Assembly: GCA_964632315.1 (NCBI GenBank)
Contig: CAZWEM010000030.1
Coordinates: 1-55,434 of the forward strand
Source: an uncultured archaeon
GTDB taxonomy: Archaea; Asgardarchaeota; Lokiarchaeia; Sigyniarchaeales; SOKP01
DNA length: 55,434 bases
Reading direction: 5' to 3'
Shown piece after piece: positions 9,881 through 19,222 of this stretch. How positions within the stretch are numbered: the first letter of the stretch is position 1; every line of letters starts with the position of its first letter. The notes beneath the pieces were generated by a model. That model ran no database searches, was not told where the DNA came from, and saw only the letters and a program-made list of their open reading frames with translations. The translations under genes were made by a program, and so were the position numbers.

Positions 9881-10102
9881 TTATTTGTTTTTAACCCGTC
9901 TACGAGGACTCCTTCTTCCTCCCGTTCTACTTTGAGTTGAAGGCTTTCCCTTCCTCTTGAATATGGTATTTCCACAATTTCCACAACTCCATCTGTCATA
10001 ATGGGATGCTAAAAAGTAGGATGGTCCACACTTGGGACACGTTCTATTGGTTCGGACAAGTTTATCTCCATCAATTTCATAATATTTTGATTGATTTGTC
10101 AT
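9881..10102 (-). CDS. rps27ae: 30S ribosomal protein S27ae
   Basis: [25 protein letters not shown] zinc ribbon; syntenic with rps24e and kae1. Confidence 0.95.
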   Translation of the reverse strand: MTNQSKYYEIDGDKLVRTNRTCPKCGPSYFLASHYDRWSCGNCGNTIFKRKGKPSTQSRTGGRRSPRRRVKNK

Positions 10103-10127
10103 TTCTTAATCACTCTCATTTATTATT

Positions 10128-10487
10128 TTAATCATAGTTAAACAAATGTTTGTAAGGCTCTTTTTTTGCTTTTAATTGATATATTTCAGTCCTCGTTTCT
10201 AAAGGTAAATTTCGTACTTGAATGTGAAATGGTTCGAAATACTGAAGATCCTTCTTTGTCTCATAGATATTCGCACTTCCAATATCATCTGTCATCCCAA
10301 AATGGGTCTTAACATTTCGAATAATAGTCAATTTTTCATTTGCATTTTTCAAGGCGGCTATCTTTTTCTTAATTTCCAATCTATTTGGAGTTCCATCTCC
10401 AAAGTGTTGGACTCTGAACTTAATTTCAGTTCGATCTATTAAGGGGTTCTTTTTTTCTTCCAATATTTCAATTTCGAATGGCATCAT
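10128..10487 (-). CDS. rps24e: 30S ribosomal protein S24e
   Basis: KKNPLIDRTEI.F...H.G.GTPNR; THFG. Confidence 0.93.
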   Translation of the reverse strand: MMPFEIEILEEKKNPLIDRTEIKFRVQHFGDGTPNRLEIKKKIAALKNANEKLTIIRNVKTHFGMTDDIGSANIYETKKDLQYFEPFHIQVRNLPLETRTEIYQLKAKKEPYKHLFNYD

Positions 10488-10602
10488 AAACCGTTAATAT
10501 TGTTGCTAAAAAGATTAATCAATTATTTTAAAGATTAATCCAACTTATTAATGACTAAAGAAGGATAAAAAATAAAATTTTGTAATTGTATTAAAAAAGA
10601 TC

Positions 10603-10818
10603 ATGCAGAAATTTCAGAAAAAACAACGAGTTCTTAGATTTTTGACTTGGATTGAAATTGTTTCATTATTTATCATAAGTTTTTGCATTTTTTGGTTAAG
10701 AAACGTGTTAGTAGGAGGTTATTATCTAATCCTTGTTTTTAGTATCATATTATGGTTAGTTTTGTTTGTAATGACAAAAATCGTGGATGAAAGGATTACA
10801 TACCAAGAAAATATTTGA
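10603..10818 (+). CDS. Small two-TM membrane protein, hypothetical
   Basis: ATG ORF with two hydrophobic segments filling the gap between DUF359 and rps24e. Confidence 0.55.
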   Translation: MQKFQKKQRVLRFLTWIEIVSLFIISFCIFWLRNVLVGGYYLILVFSIILWLVLFVMTKIVDERITYQENI

Positions 10819-10820
10819 TC

Positions 10821-11405
10821 TTAACATCTCATTAGTGCTAAAAAACGTTTCACAATCTTTTTAATTGATTTATTCACTTTTACCATGACGATTCCTTCAG
10901 GGATGGGGGATTTTGAGTCTGTAATGGGAGGTTGCCCGTAAAACACGAAATCTTCAACAAATTTATCGAGTGGGATTGCTAAAACCAATGGAAGCACTAA
11001 TAGATCCTCTTCTCCTTGAGTGACTTTGATGAGTGATTTTTCATGCGATTCAATTAGAGATTTAAAAATTTTGAAACTCTCAGGATTGATACCGCTCTCT
11101 GGATTTTCCATCTCAACAATGTTATCAAAAAATGAACCCATTTCCAATTCTGTGGGAGCTCTTTTAGTTTTTTCATCGATTATACAGACTTTTACCATCG
11201 AACGTAAAAATGGATTATTTAAAAAATCTTGGGTAACAATATCTCCCACTAAATAACAGTTAATTAATCGATTTGTATCCTTTATTTTTTTCAGAAAGTC
11301 AATTACTTGTAAAATTGTTTCTTCTCTACTTCCAGAAATCAACTTTCCTAAAGGTTGAGAGAATTTATGTCTTAGATCCTCGGGTATTTTTAAATCATTT
11401 CCCAT
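10821..11405 (-). CDS. GTP-dependent dephospho-CoA kinase (DUF359 family)
   Basis: VGDIVT, IDEKTKR, GEEDLLVLP, FYGQP motifs; conserved position after spt4. Confidence 0.9.
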   Translation of the reverse strand: MGNDLKIPEDLRHKFSQPLGKLISGSREETILQVIDFLKKIKDTNRLINCYLVGDIVTQDFLNNPFLRSMVKVCIIDEKTKRAPTELEMGSFFDNIVEMENPESGINPESFKIFKSLIESHEKSLIKVTQGEEDLLVLPLVLAIPLDKFVEDFVFYGQPPITDSKSPIPEGIVMVKVNKSIKKIVKRFLALMRC

Positions 11406-11446
11406 TCAAAATACCTCTTATAGATTCTAGTGATTTTTAAATTAGT

Positions 11447-11635
11447 TTATCTCACTCTCAGAGCATATTTACCGGGAAAATGGATCTTCAAGTATTCTGC
11501 AAATTTAGATTCTGAAGGTTTTATTACAATTACCTCTCCAGTATAATCTTCACTTAAAGTATGGGTTTTGCATTTTGGACAAATAGTTTCATTTTTCGTG
11601 ATTAAATGGCAATTCTTACACGCCTTTTCTTTCAT
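11447..11635 (-). CDS. spt4: Transcription elongation factor Spt4 (RpoE'')
   Basis: KACKNCH...CPKC...G.YALRVR. Confidence 0.95.
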   Translation of the reverse strand: MKEKACKNCHLITKNETICPKCKTHTLSEDYTGEVIVIKPSESKFAEYLKIHFPGKYALRVR

Positions 11636-12213
11636 TTTTCATCACTTTCCTCAGGTTCATTCTCACTAAATTCATCTTCAATATCTGCTTCTATCCATTC
11701 GGGCTTTCCCAAGAATTTTTGGCGCATTGTCAATCCTAATTTTCCGCTTCTTCCGGTTCCTAAAGATACTGCGATTATTTTTGCTCGTACTAGATCATTT
11801 ACCTCTAAAATTTTCCCCGTTTCTTTTCCAATAAATCGATTACCTACTTGTTCATATGAAATATAATCATCACATATTTGAGACACGTGTACTAACCCAT
11901 CAAGGGGACCTAATCGTATAAAAGAGCCAAAATCGACAATCTCGACAACCTCTCCCTCTACAACCTCTGAAATCATGGGCTTGAATGACAAGATACTGAA
12001 TTCGACCTCATGAAAGGTATTTGCATTTCCAGGAATGATTATGCCAGGACCTACATCAATGACATCGACGATGGCTATTATAAATCCGTAATCTCGAGTG
12101 ATAATCCCTTCATAATCTTCGGAAAGAATTATTCTTGCACTGACCTCTTTCGGTTGGTCAAATAGAAACGGAGGTATCTCACATTTTGCTGTTAGTGTGT
12201 ACAGTTTAAACAT
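11632..12213 (-). CDS. rpoE1: DNA-directed RNA polymerase subunit E' (Rpo7)
   Basis: EVVEGEV.EIVDFGSFIRLGPLDGLVHVSQI S1 domain; GLTMRQ..LGKPEWI. Confidence 0.97.
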   Translation of the reverse strand: MFKLYTLTAKCEIPPFLFDQPKEVSARIILSEDYEGIITRDYGFIIAIVDVIDVGPGIIIPGNANTFHEVEFSILSFKPMISEVVEGEVVEIVDFGSFIRLGPLDGLVHVSQICDDYISYEQVGNRFIGKETGKILEVNDLVRAKIIAVSLGTGRSGKLGLTMRQKFLGKPEWIEADIEDEFSENEPEESDEK

Positions 12214-12366
12214 TTTATAACGCTTCTAAAGAAGATGAGTATTAATATCCTTTAAAATGAACTATAGAATTAATAATTTGTGATTTTAACTCTTACTAAT
12301 GAGAAACAGACAAAGATAAATCATTACGATTTTCAGAAAAAATATATCGTATCTTCGCTAAGATTT

Positions 12367-13665
12367 TTATTTCATTTCAATTTCGTTATTTTGAGTTTTT
12401 AATTTATCAAGTTCTTCTTTTATTTCGTGATAGAGAGAGAAAAACCCAGCAGTGCTACTCTCTGGAGATCTAAATATCTCTGCCTTTATGAATTCAAAAT
12501 CATTCCGCTCGGGAACTATTTTTTTTAGATCCTTTTCCACCGTGTATGGTAACTCTAAAAGCCTTTCTGTTAATAAAAGAGGATGAGTTTTACTAGGAAT
12601 AAGTCTCGAGGGAAAGTTTGAGAAATGCTTTTCAATTAATTCATGAGCACTCTCATATTCCTTCATATCACGACATCTCTCCTTTAGCTGTTTTTGAAAT
12701 TTACTCTCAAAATCAAAAGTAAATTTGGTAACTGAATCGCGTAATAATTTTGAAGCTTTAGATGCTGCTAAACCGACGGTGATATATTCTGACTCGTGCA
12801 AGATTAAAATCCCATCTTTCACATTAACGTCAAGTAAACCCCCCATTTTAATGAGTTCCTCACTCATGAGTTGTACGGCATTAATAAAGCCAGTAAACAT
12901 GCTCTCGCTTACTTGTGATTTTGACCAATCATAATCAAATAAGGGGTATCCTTGGTTGTCTTTTACTACGATGCGATATATCGTGAATGGTAAGATATAT
13001 AGTAATTTGGGTTCAATTGTTATCGCTAAAGTAAAAATGAAAAGCCCTATTATCGCGATTGACGTAGAAACCAAGATGAAAACACTTGTGAATTCATATA
13101 AAATATAAAATACTATACTAGTCAGACTATAAAGTGTGATTCCAATGAAAAATAAAATAGCTTCCTTTTTTATTAGAAAAGGCGCATTTCTTACAGTTTT
13201 AATGCCCCAGTAAAATATATAGCCCATAATTATCATATATAAAATTGTAGTTAATAAGCTAAATAATCCAATCCAAGGAATTCTAAAATATCCCTCTTGA
13301 AATTGTACTTCTGCGGCACCTGGCTGAAATCCTACGTAGAGTAATAAAATCCCTAATCCAAAGGTCACAATAAACCCGAATGAATTGTAATTTTCTTTTA
13401 ACACATAATTGACACCGATAATCAAGGATAACGCTATAGGAAAATTTAAAAATCCTTCAATTATGCTTAGAGGTATGTTTAAAATAAGGAGCGAAATTCC
13501 ATCTAATAACATACTTATACCCCCAATAAAAATTGCAATTCTTATAAAATGCAATGAATGGATTTTTCTAGTATTCGGTTTAATTAAAGTAATTATACCT
13601 GAAATAAATGCGACTAATGCGAAAGCAAAATCAAGAATAACTTCAGCATTCATATTTAAAGCCAT
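12367..13665 (-). CDS. Seven-TM membrane protein with cytoplasmic longin-like C-terminal domain
   Basis: Seven hydrophobic helices in residues ~6-217, then IVVKDNQGYPLFDYDW...MFTGFINAVQLMSEEL...FTFDFESKF (longin-like pattern). Confidence 0.6.
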   Translation of the reverse strand: MALNMNAEVILDFAFALVAFISGIITLIKPNTRKIHSLHFIRIAIFIGGISMLLDGISLLILNIPLSIIEGFLNFPIALSLIIGVNYVLKENYNSFGFIVTFGLGILLLYVGFQPGAAEVQFQEGYFRIPWIGLFSLLTTILYMIIMGYIFYWGIKTVRNAPFLIKKEAILFFIGITLYSLTSIVFYILYEFTSVFILVSTSIAIIGLFIFTLAITIEPKLLYILPFTIYRIVVKDNQGYPLFDYDWSKSQVSESMFTGFINAVQLMSEELIKMGGLLDVNVKDGILILHESEYITVGLAASKASKLLRDSVTKFTFDFESKFQKQLKERCRDMKEYESAHELIEKHFSNFPSRLIPSKTHPLLLTERLLELPYTVEKDLKKIVPERNDFEFIKAEIFRSPESSTAGFFSLYHEIKEELDKLKTQNNEIEMK

Positions 13666-13677
13666 TATTCTCCCTCT

Positions 13678-14382
13678 TTATGATTTTCTTAAAGCATTTT
13701 TAAGAATTTTATTCATTTTAGGATTAATCATTACACATTTATTATCTACGTTTTTTTGGAGAAGAATTTCTATTTCAATTAAATTATTTACTCTATAATA
13801 AACCAATTCTCTTTTTTCTTCTATTTCTTTATAAATGTCTGCAACCTTAATTAAATTTGAATCAAGTAACTTATTAATTATTTTGTAATTTATCTCATCT
13901 CTTAGGATAAAATGAATAATCCCTTCATCAGCACTGACTTCAGAAGGGAGAAATAACGTATAATTTTTAATTTTTACTTTTTTAATGAAATCGAACTTTA
14001 ACAACATTTCCAAATGCCAGATGAGTCTTCCAGGACTTATATTTTTTTCTTTACTATTAATATCTAGTTCGCTTTTTATAAGTGAAAAATGCGTTCCTAG
14101 ATTCTTCTTTATAAATTCATAAAGAATTCTCCTAAAGCGGTTATTCATTACAGTATCTTTAGTATATTTGGAACCCTCCACTAAAATTTTACGATTTAAG
14201 AGTGTCTGAATAATCGATAATAAACCTCTTCGGGGTATTCCAAGTTTCTTTTTCGCAGTATTGTATAATAATTCTGTATTTAATGTCTTATGCTGATAAA
14301 TTAATTCTTTTGCGATTTCAAGCACACTTTGAACACTTGGATGTTCCATCACTTCTGAAGCTTGAATTATATCATATGGCAT
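13678..14382 (-). CDS. Winged helix-turn-helix transcriptional regulator (multi-wHTH)
   Basis: RRILYEFIKKNLGTHFSLI...ISPGRLIWHLEMLLKFDFI and RELVYYRVNNLIE wHTH motifs. Confidence 0.75.
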   Translation of the reverse strand: MPYDIIQASEVMEHPSVQSVLEIAKELIYQHKTLNTELLYNTAKKKLGIPRRGLLSIIQTLLNRKILVEGSKYTKDTVMNNRFRRILYEFIKKNLGTHFSLIKSELDINSKEKNISPGRLIWHLEMLLKFDFIKKVKIKNYTLFLPSEVSADEGIIHFILRDEINYKIINKLLDSNLIKVADIYKEIEEKRELVYYRVNNLIEIEILLQKNVDNKCVMINPKMNKILKNALRKS

Positions 14383-14411
14383 TTTGAGTTATAAGAAGAG
14401 TAGTATGTATG

Positions 14412-14447
14412 AAAATCGACAAATCTTAGCTAAAATTATCCGATTTT
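14412..14447. promoter_or_regulatory. Imperfect 36-bp palindrome upstream of the wHTH gene (candidate operator)
   Basis: AAAATCGACAAATCTTAG|CTAAAATTATCCGATTTT, 14 of 18 positions symmetric, between a TATA-like box and the ATG. Confidence 0.4.
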
Positions 14448-14720
14448 TCTCTATTTTATGATTTAGATGTTAGTATTTATATTAATTTCCTTTTTTTTTT
14501 TTATTGAATTATAATTTTTCCTAAAATTCATAAAAATTATTTTGTAAAAAATCAGTCCTTATTCATTTAAATAGGAATAAGCAATAATAATCCATGCGTG
14601 ATTTCCCTTCTGATCATGGTTTGATTGTGAGGAGAGAATTAAAATAGAGGGCATCCAATTTAATTTTAACACGTGGCTTAAAGGTTAAAAGTCAAAATTC
14701 AATTAATAATTGGGCAAATC

Positions 14721-15716
14721 TCATCTCGATATATCACGTCTTCTAAAGATGAAATAACCTAAAAGCATTATTCCTAAAGCTATTGCGAATAGAAGAATCA
14801 AGGATCCTAACGGGGAATAGTAATCATTTCGTGTAAAAATGGATTCCCATGTATCTTCATTATAACTTTGAGTATATATTCCCATTATGGCAAAGAAAAA
14901 CATCATGTTTTCAGGTACCTTAACTGAAGTAATTTCCATTATTCCAATATAGACATTGAATAAATGATATCCTAAATCATAATGATATAATTGAAATTGA
15001 ACATAGATAGGATCTTCACTATTACCCAATTGCATATATAAGAATAATGGTCGAAATGTCATTAAGACAAAAAATGTAATAATTATTAGCAACAAGGGGA
15101 ATAAGAGGGCATTCCGAGTTTTTCTCACTAAAGATGAGAAACCAATAGCAAGTGTTTGAAAGAAAAATTGCACTACAAGTGAAAATAAAAAGTTTACGAT
15201 AAAAAATTCACCAATTCCTTCAAAAGGATATTTCCATAAAGCAGTTAAGGTTATTAGAGATAAAGAAGTGAAATTAATTACTAACCCAAAACAAGTGAGT
15301 GCTAAATATTTTGTAACTAGAATTTCACCCCTCGAAATTGGTTTACTTATAAGTGTTAACATTGTTCTAGATTTTAATTCTTCTGCAATGAGAGGGGCAC
15401 CAATTACCGTGAGAATAATTGGAAACATTATACAAGGAGTGTATTCAACATATGTGATCCCTATAAAATTGAGCAGTGTTTCATCCTCTAATATGAAACT
15501 TGAAGGAACCATTAGAATGGCCAAGAGAGGCAAAAAAATCATAAGAATTATTGATATACTTACTTTTGGAATCGTAAATATGTCCTTAAATAACGTTTTT
15601 TTAAAAAGAACTATCGAGGGGGTATTTAATCCCTTGAATAACCCTGATTCTTTACTCTTGATAATTTTATCTTTACTTAAGAATGCGGACACATCAAAAT
15701 TTTCTTTAGGGGGCAT
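14721..15716 (-). CDS. ABC-2 type transporter permease
   Basis: LIAEELKSRTM..LISKPISRGEILVTKY motif; multiple TMs; overlaps the ATPase stop. Confidence 0.88.
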   Translation of the reverse strand: MPPKENFDVSAFLSKDKIIKSKESGLFKGLNTPSIVLFKKTLFKDIFTIPKVSISIILMIFLPLLAILMVPSSFILEDETLLNFIGITYVEYTPCIMFPIILTVIGAPLIAEELKSRTMLTLISKPISRGEILVTKYLALTCFGLVINFTSLSLITLTALWKYPFEGIGEFFIVNFLFSLVVQFFFQTLAIGFSSLVRKTRNALLFPLLLIIITFFVLMTFRPLFLYMQLGNSEDPIYVQFQLYHYDLGYHLFNVYIGIMEITSVKVPENMMFFFAIMGIYTQSYNEDTWESIFTRNDYYSPLGSLILLFAIALGIMLLGYFIFRRRDISR

Positions 15717-16704
15717 TTTCCTTATCATCCTCATCATTTATAACTTCTAAAAAGACATCTTGAAGTGTAGATTCGGGTTGGTAAAATGATTTTAAAGTCA
15801 AACCCTTCTCAACAACTAGCTTAGGTATTTCTTTTTGAAACTGGTCAATATCACTAGTATTAATATAAATCTCATGCTCTTTTTCATCAATCCACGCGTT
15901 AGTAATTAGTTCTAATTCTTTTAAGATAGGTAATAAAGTTTCATTTGAATTTGTATTTATTACATAAAGATTTGTTGATTTAGAAAACCAATTCTTAACA
16001 TTTCGGACCGTGTCCGTTAGGACGATTTTCCCCTTGTTGATTATGGTCACTCGATCACACATTTGTTCGACTTCAGAAAGCACATGACTCGAAATAAATA
16101 TACTCATTTCCGAGGATAATTTCCTAACATAATCAATGATCTTTTTTCTTACGAGAGGATCTAAATTACTCGTAGGTTCATCTAATATCAGAAGTTCAGG
16201 ATTGTGAATCAGGCCTGCTGCGATTCCAATTTTCTGTTTCATGCCCATAGAGTAAGTCTTGATTTTTCTGTCCTTATCTCCATTCATATCAAAAAATTCT
16301 AATAAATTTAATGCTCTTTGTTTTGCCACTTCTTTAGAAATTGAATTTAACCTTGCTAAATAGACAAGATATTCAATTCCTGTCATTTTTTCATAGAATG
16401 CCGGATCTTGAGGGAGAAATCCGATGAATTTTCGAGCTTCTTTCGTACCCGCTTTTTCACCTTTTAAATATGCAACCCCTTCAGTGATTGAAATGGCTCC
16501 AATTAACATGTTAATCGTGGAGGTCTTTCCCGCTCCATTCGGACCTAAAAATCCATGAACTCCAGGAGTCATTATGAGGTCTATTCCATTGACTGCTACA
16601 GTTTTCTTTTTACCATTTCCGTAGATCTTTGTGAGATTTTCAGTCCAAATATACGCATCTCTAAAATTATCTGGTTGACTTAGTGTCAAATTTAAATTGT
16701 CCAT
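15706..16704 (-). CDS. ABC transporter ATP-binding protein
   Basis: Walker A GPNGAGKTS, signature YSMGMKQK, Walker B LILDEPT, ISSH switch. Confidence 0.95.
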   Translation of the reverse strand: MDNLNLTLSQPDNFRDAYIWTENLTKIYGNGKKKTVAVNGIDLIMTPGVHGFLGPNGAGKTSTINMLIGAISITEGVAYLKGEKAGTKEARKFIGFLPQDPAFYEKMTGIEYLVYLARLNSISKEVAKQRALNLLEFFDMNGDKDRKIKTYSMGMKQKIGIAAGLIHNPELLILDEPTSNLDPLVRKKIIDYVRKLSSEMSIFISSHVLSEVEQMCDRVTIINKGKIVLTDTVRNVKNWFSKSTNLYVINTNSNETLLPILKELELITNAWIDEKEHEIYINTSDIDQFQKEIPKLVVEKGLTLKSFYQPESTLQDVFLEVINDEDDKENAP

Positions 16705-16836
16705 TGGATATTTGAAACTTAATCATATATAGGACACTTTTCTATATAAAGATTTTTTTGTTTTAAATATCATGTTCTGAAATTGTGAGATTTATTAGAA
16801 GAAATAAAAATCTAAAAGAATCGGATTATCATTTTA

Positions 16837-17238
16837 TTAAAACATAACATGAGGGATAAACATAAAGGGGAAAATTATGAGACAACAGCAACAACAAATT
16901 CCTAATATTCCTAATACATACCCAATATTCGCTAACGATGGATCTGCATCTTTCTTCTTACCCAAGTTTCCAAAAATTATCGCTATAATGGCTCCTATAA
17001 GAGGGAGAGCAAACAATCCAAGAATCCCAAAGATCAGGGAAACTATTCCATTTACATTTGATTTATCTCTAGAGGAGTACAAATCTTGCGAATAGTTATA
17101 ATGAGGCTGGTGAGAATATTGGATAGGTGCTGGTCTTTTTAAAACCGAATTCCCTCCTTCTATAACACGTGTACCACAATTTGGACAATTTTTCCACTCT
17201 GTTTCTAATTTAGTTCCACATTCAGGACAATACTTCAT
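16837..17238 (-). CDS. Zinc-ribbon / DUF4190-like membrane protein with a Cys5 string
   Basis: YCPECG...NCPNCG zinc ribbon; GIVSLIFGILG..AIIFG...A.IGYVLGILG TM pair; CCCCC. Confidence 0.75.
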   Translation of the reverse strand: MKYCPECGTKLETEWKNCPNCGTRVIEGGNSVLKRPAPIQYSHQPHYNYSQDLYSSRDKSNVNGIVSLIFGILGLFALPLIGAIIAIIFGNLGKKKDADPSLANIGYVLGILGICCCCCLIIFPFMFIPHVMF

Positions 17239-17511
17239 TATAAGTCACGATCAATTTTAATTGAAAATGGATTTTTCATGCAAAAAGAGGAAACATTCAT
17301 ATAAAAATATAGTAGTTGTGACCTGGTTTGAAAATTATACGGATAATAAAAAGTGATGCTTTTTTTAGTGAATAAAATATAACTTTTCTACATCCTACTA
17401 TTAATTTTTGAAATAGATTTACATGATCTTGTGAAAAACCATTATAAATCTCTTTAAATAAGAAAATTTGCTAGTAGATTAGACAAATATCAAACAAAGA
17501 AGGTGTATTTT

Positions 17512-18411
17512 ATGACTTATGTACGACCAATATTTGTATTAGTAACTGGTGCTACTGGTAAACAAGGTGGATCCGTGGTGAAAGCTCTTTTGGATTACGG
17601 CCACCGAGTGAGAGGGTTAACCCGCGATCCAGATTCTGAAAAAGCTAGATTGCTTGAAGAAGAAGGGGTAGAAATTGTCAAAGGGGATTTTAATGATCCG
17701 GAAAGTATTAGAAAAGCAATGAAGAATGTCGATGCCGTTTTTTTAATGGGTACATCATTTGAAGAAGGAGTAGAAGGAGAAATTAAACATGGAATAACGG
17801 TTGCTGATATAGCTAAAGAAGAGGGTATCAAACATTTAGTATATACATCGGTATCAAGCGCTAATAAAAATACAGGAGTTCCTCATTTCGATAGTAAATT
17901 TAAAATCGAAGAACATATTAGAAAAATTGGGATTCCTTACACGATAATTCGTCCCGTGTCCTTCATGGAAAATAATTTAGCCCCTTGGACTTTATCCAAG
18001 CTCAAGGAAGGCATAATTGAAGGTCCCATAGCTCCTGATAAGAAGTCTCAACTAATAGCTGTTAGGGATATTGGAAGGTTTGCAATGCATGTCTTTGAAA
18101 ATCGTGAACGATTTTTAGGAAAAGCAATTGATATTGCCTCGGATGAACTATCAGGAAATGAGATAAGTGAAATATTCAGTCATGCTCTAGGTTATACAGT
18201 TAGTTACCACCAACTAGATACGGAAGCTCTCAAAACCAGAGGTGAAGAGTTTCTTAAAATGTATCAATGGGTGAGAGACGTTGGATATGATGTAAACATC
18301 GAGAAATTACGTAGCGATTTTCCGAAAGTTGGATGGACTCGATTTAAAGACTGGATAAATGAACAAGATTGGAAAGCACTCACCAAACCAGTAGAACAAG
18401 CAATAACCTAA
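17512..18411 (+). CDS. NmrA/HSCARG family NAD(P)-binding protein
   Basis: LVTGATGKQGGSV, PHFDSKFKIE, IIRPVSFMEN. Confidence 0.92.
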   Translation: MTYVRPIFVLVTGATGKQGGSVVKALLDYGHRVRGLTRDPDSEKARLLEEEGVEIVKGDFNDPESIRKAMKNVDAVFLMGTSFEEGVEGEIKHGITVADIAKEEGIKHLVYTSVSSANKNTGVPHFDSKFKIEEHIRKIGIPYTIIRPVSFMENNLAPWTLSKLKEGIIEGPIAPDKKSQLIAVRDIGRFAMHVFENRERFLGKAIDIASDELSGNEISEIFSHALGYTVSYHQLDTEALKTRGEEFLKMYQWVRDVGYDVNIEKLRSDFPKVGWTRFKDWINEQDWKALTKPVEQAIT

Positions 18412-18647
18412 TTTTTTATTTTTTTCTTAATTTAGTAATTTAATCAAAAATTTTCATTTTTATAATTTTTTTTCACAAAACTTCGAAAAAGTCAGAAATA
18501 AAGCTGGACGAAATCTCCCTTACTTAATTTAAAATTGAACGGAAATATAATAAATTAGAGAATTCTTAAAATGTTAGAAATTTAATTATTGTGAGAAGAA
18601 AGAGAATAGAAGACTGAAGCTTTAAAATAGTTTAATTACTTATCGTT

Positions 18648-19022
18648 CTAAATTAACTGAGCAATCTTTTCGCAAGTTCTTCGACAGTCAAGTAAGATTA
18701 AACCGAGTCGCACTTCCGAAGAGGTTGAAACAGTGAGAACAGCGTTCGGGCCCGCTTGTAGGATGAGGAGATAGCCATCCGAGCCTTTAACATAAAGTTG
18801 GTCGAAATCACCTTTTCCCATCTCGATTATCGCTCTCTCAGACAATGATAGCAGTGCTGCGGTCATTGCTGCAATACGTGTTTCGTCGACACCTTGAGGA
18901 AGAGCAGAAGCAATTGGTAATCCTTCCGCAGAAACAATCGCGGCAGCTTTAACTTCAGGGATTGCCCCTAAAAGCTTTTTTAAAAGATCGTCTAGGGATT
19001 CTGGGGTATTAGGGTCTATCAT
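18648..19022 (-). CDS. Roadblock/LC7 (MglB-like) domain protein
   Basis: AAIVSAEGLPIASALP..VDETRIAAMTAALLSLSERA...GDFDQLYVKG..GY. Confidence 0.93.
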   Translation of the reverse strand: MIDPNTPESLDDLLKKLLGAIPEVKAAAIVSAEGLPIASALPQGVDETRIAAMTAALLSLSERAIIEMGKGDFDQLYVKGSDGYLLILQAGPNAVLTVSTSSEVRLGLILLDCRRTCEKIAQLI

Positions 19023-19222
19023 TATTCTCGCGACATGAAATAATTTATTAGATAAATATGAGAAAAAACTACTTATTATTAATGTAGTTTCCAGATATTT
19101 ATTTTTATTTATTCGTGGGTGATATAAAAATATAGTTTATTACATATTTATTAAATTTTGTAATATCTGAATAGGAAGGATCTATTTCTTTGATGTAATG
19201 TAATTTTAATTCGTCTAACAAA

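Noticed and set aside
9817-9999. 60-aa ORF overlapping rps27ae on the same strand
   Set aside because: Alternative frame of a clear ribosomal protein gene
14559-14654. 31-codon minus-strand ORF MPSILILSSQSNHDQKGNHAWIIIAYSYLNE upstream of the wHTH gene
   Set aside because: No clear SD, a TATA-like box lies between it and the wHTH gene, and there is no link to amino-acid metabolism. It also shows that III runs can arise by chance in this AT-rich DNA.
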